Below are positions 60,624 through 61,491 of a DNA stretch of 61,491 bases, one piece after another. The notes beneath the pieces are model-generated. The model saw only the letters and a program-made list of their open reading frames with translations, searched no databases and was not told the DNA's origin. Made by a program: the position numbers and the translations under genes. The stretch comes from Eubacteriales bacterium (GTDB taxonomy: Bacteria; Bacillota; Clostridia; Oscillospirales; CAG-272): NCBI GenBank assembly GCA_045613205.1, contig JAZLAO010000021.1:1-61491 (forward strand), written 5' to 3'. The stretch's first letter is position 1, and every line of letters starts with the position of its first letter.

Positions 60624-61045
60624 GCCGAAAAAATATGTTTTTTGAACACTATTGTTTACATATAGTCCGTATATTACGCAAAATCACACCGTTTTGCACA
60701 TTGTTTCCGTTATTTCCGTATAGAACAATTCCTGTTGTGGTCAGTTATGTGGTCAAACCGTTTTCGCTCTGCGAAACGGTTTGACAGTGGACAGTTGAAA
60801 ATGAAAAATTGAAAGTTTAAGAAACTATCTTTCCCCACGACAAACTGTACCCGTGTTAAGAAATACGCACGCAATATACGCTTGATTTGCTGTATTGTAA
60901 CTCTAAAACAAACTATTGTCAAGCCGTTAGTGTGGCAAAAATTTATACAAGCTTAAACAAAGAAAAATCACTATGCCTAAAGCAATGAAAAGCGCATCTC
61001 ATTGATCAAAATTCAGACAACATTAAACAAAGAATACGCTTGGAT

Positions 61046-61264
61046 TTATACCCTATCTCTTTCGTTGCCGTACTCACGTTTCATAGCTTCAATGGACACT
61101 ACCCACTGCTTGCCGAACTTGCACACGTCAACACCGTTTACGAGCTTGCCGTAGGTGATTGCTTTGCGAAGCGTGCTTTCATTTAATCCCCAAAGCTCAG
61201 TTGCATCGCTGAAAGCCAGGAGTCCGGCAATGATTCCTGTTCCTACAATAGCAATTTTAATCAT
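61046..61264 (-). pseudogene. chimeric remnant: oxidoreductase N-terminus fused to an HTH domain
   Basis: MIKIAIVGTGIIA Rossmann start joined to LAFSDATELWGLNESTLRKAI...FGKQWVV HTH. Confidence 0.55.
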
Positions 61265-61433
61265 AACTTTTCCTCGCAGATTAGCAAATTAATAACCAAA
61301 TAGTTACTTTTAAGCATATTATACTTCCTTTTGTCTAAAATGCCAATAATATTTCAGAAAAAATATCATTCTATTGACAAAAGCTATGTTTTGTGCTAAA
61401 ATAAAAAAGAATTAGCAAATTGTGTGAGGACCA

Positions 61434-61491
61434 ATGGCAGAAAAGCGTTACAAGAAATCTGAAATAACAAGAGAAAAAATCCTTGAAGTTG
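61434..61491 (+). CDS. probable TetR-family regulator (partial, runs off the window)
   Basis: MAEKRYKKSEITREKILEV; GAGGA RBS; TTGACA-17-TAAAAT promoter at 61374. Confidence 0.55.
   Translation, partial: MAEKRYKKSEITREKILEV

Overview
Low-GC Firmicute (Clostridia-like) chromosomal window. The left part (1-25 kb) is carbohydrate and central metabolism: a PHP hydrolase/AraC/DUF4838/NagA-like/Gfo-Idh-MocA locus, LysR-tdh-kbl-yadS threonine catabolism, a GH3 beta-glucosidase, nfnAB, ydbST-like genes and an alpha-glucan cluster (GH13, glgB, malQ). From about 25.2 kb the window is an accretion hotspot punctuated by three degenerate 3'-half tRNA-Pro(CGG) attachment remnants (25.2, 30.5, 60.35 kb), each with structured insertions in the T-loop. 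Cargo between them includes rhaBAD and a cyclic-dinucleotide island of about 19 kb flanked by diverged copies of the bgl 3' end and the nfnA 5' end. The most striking system is two operons, each led by a GEMM-I (c-di-GMP-I class) riboswitch carrying the A20 variant. Together they encode six SipW-signal (TasA/CalY-type) secreted proteins, a membrane-anchored paralogue, two SipW peptidases, a degenerate EAL protein and a membrane-anchored McrB-like AAA+ NTPase with an apparently nuclease-less DUF2357 partner, surrounded by GGDEF and EAL enzymes. All calls come from motif reading by eye; no database searches were run.
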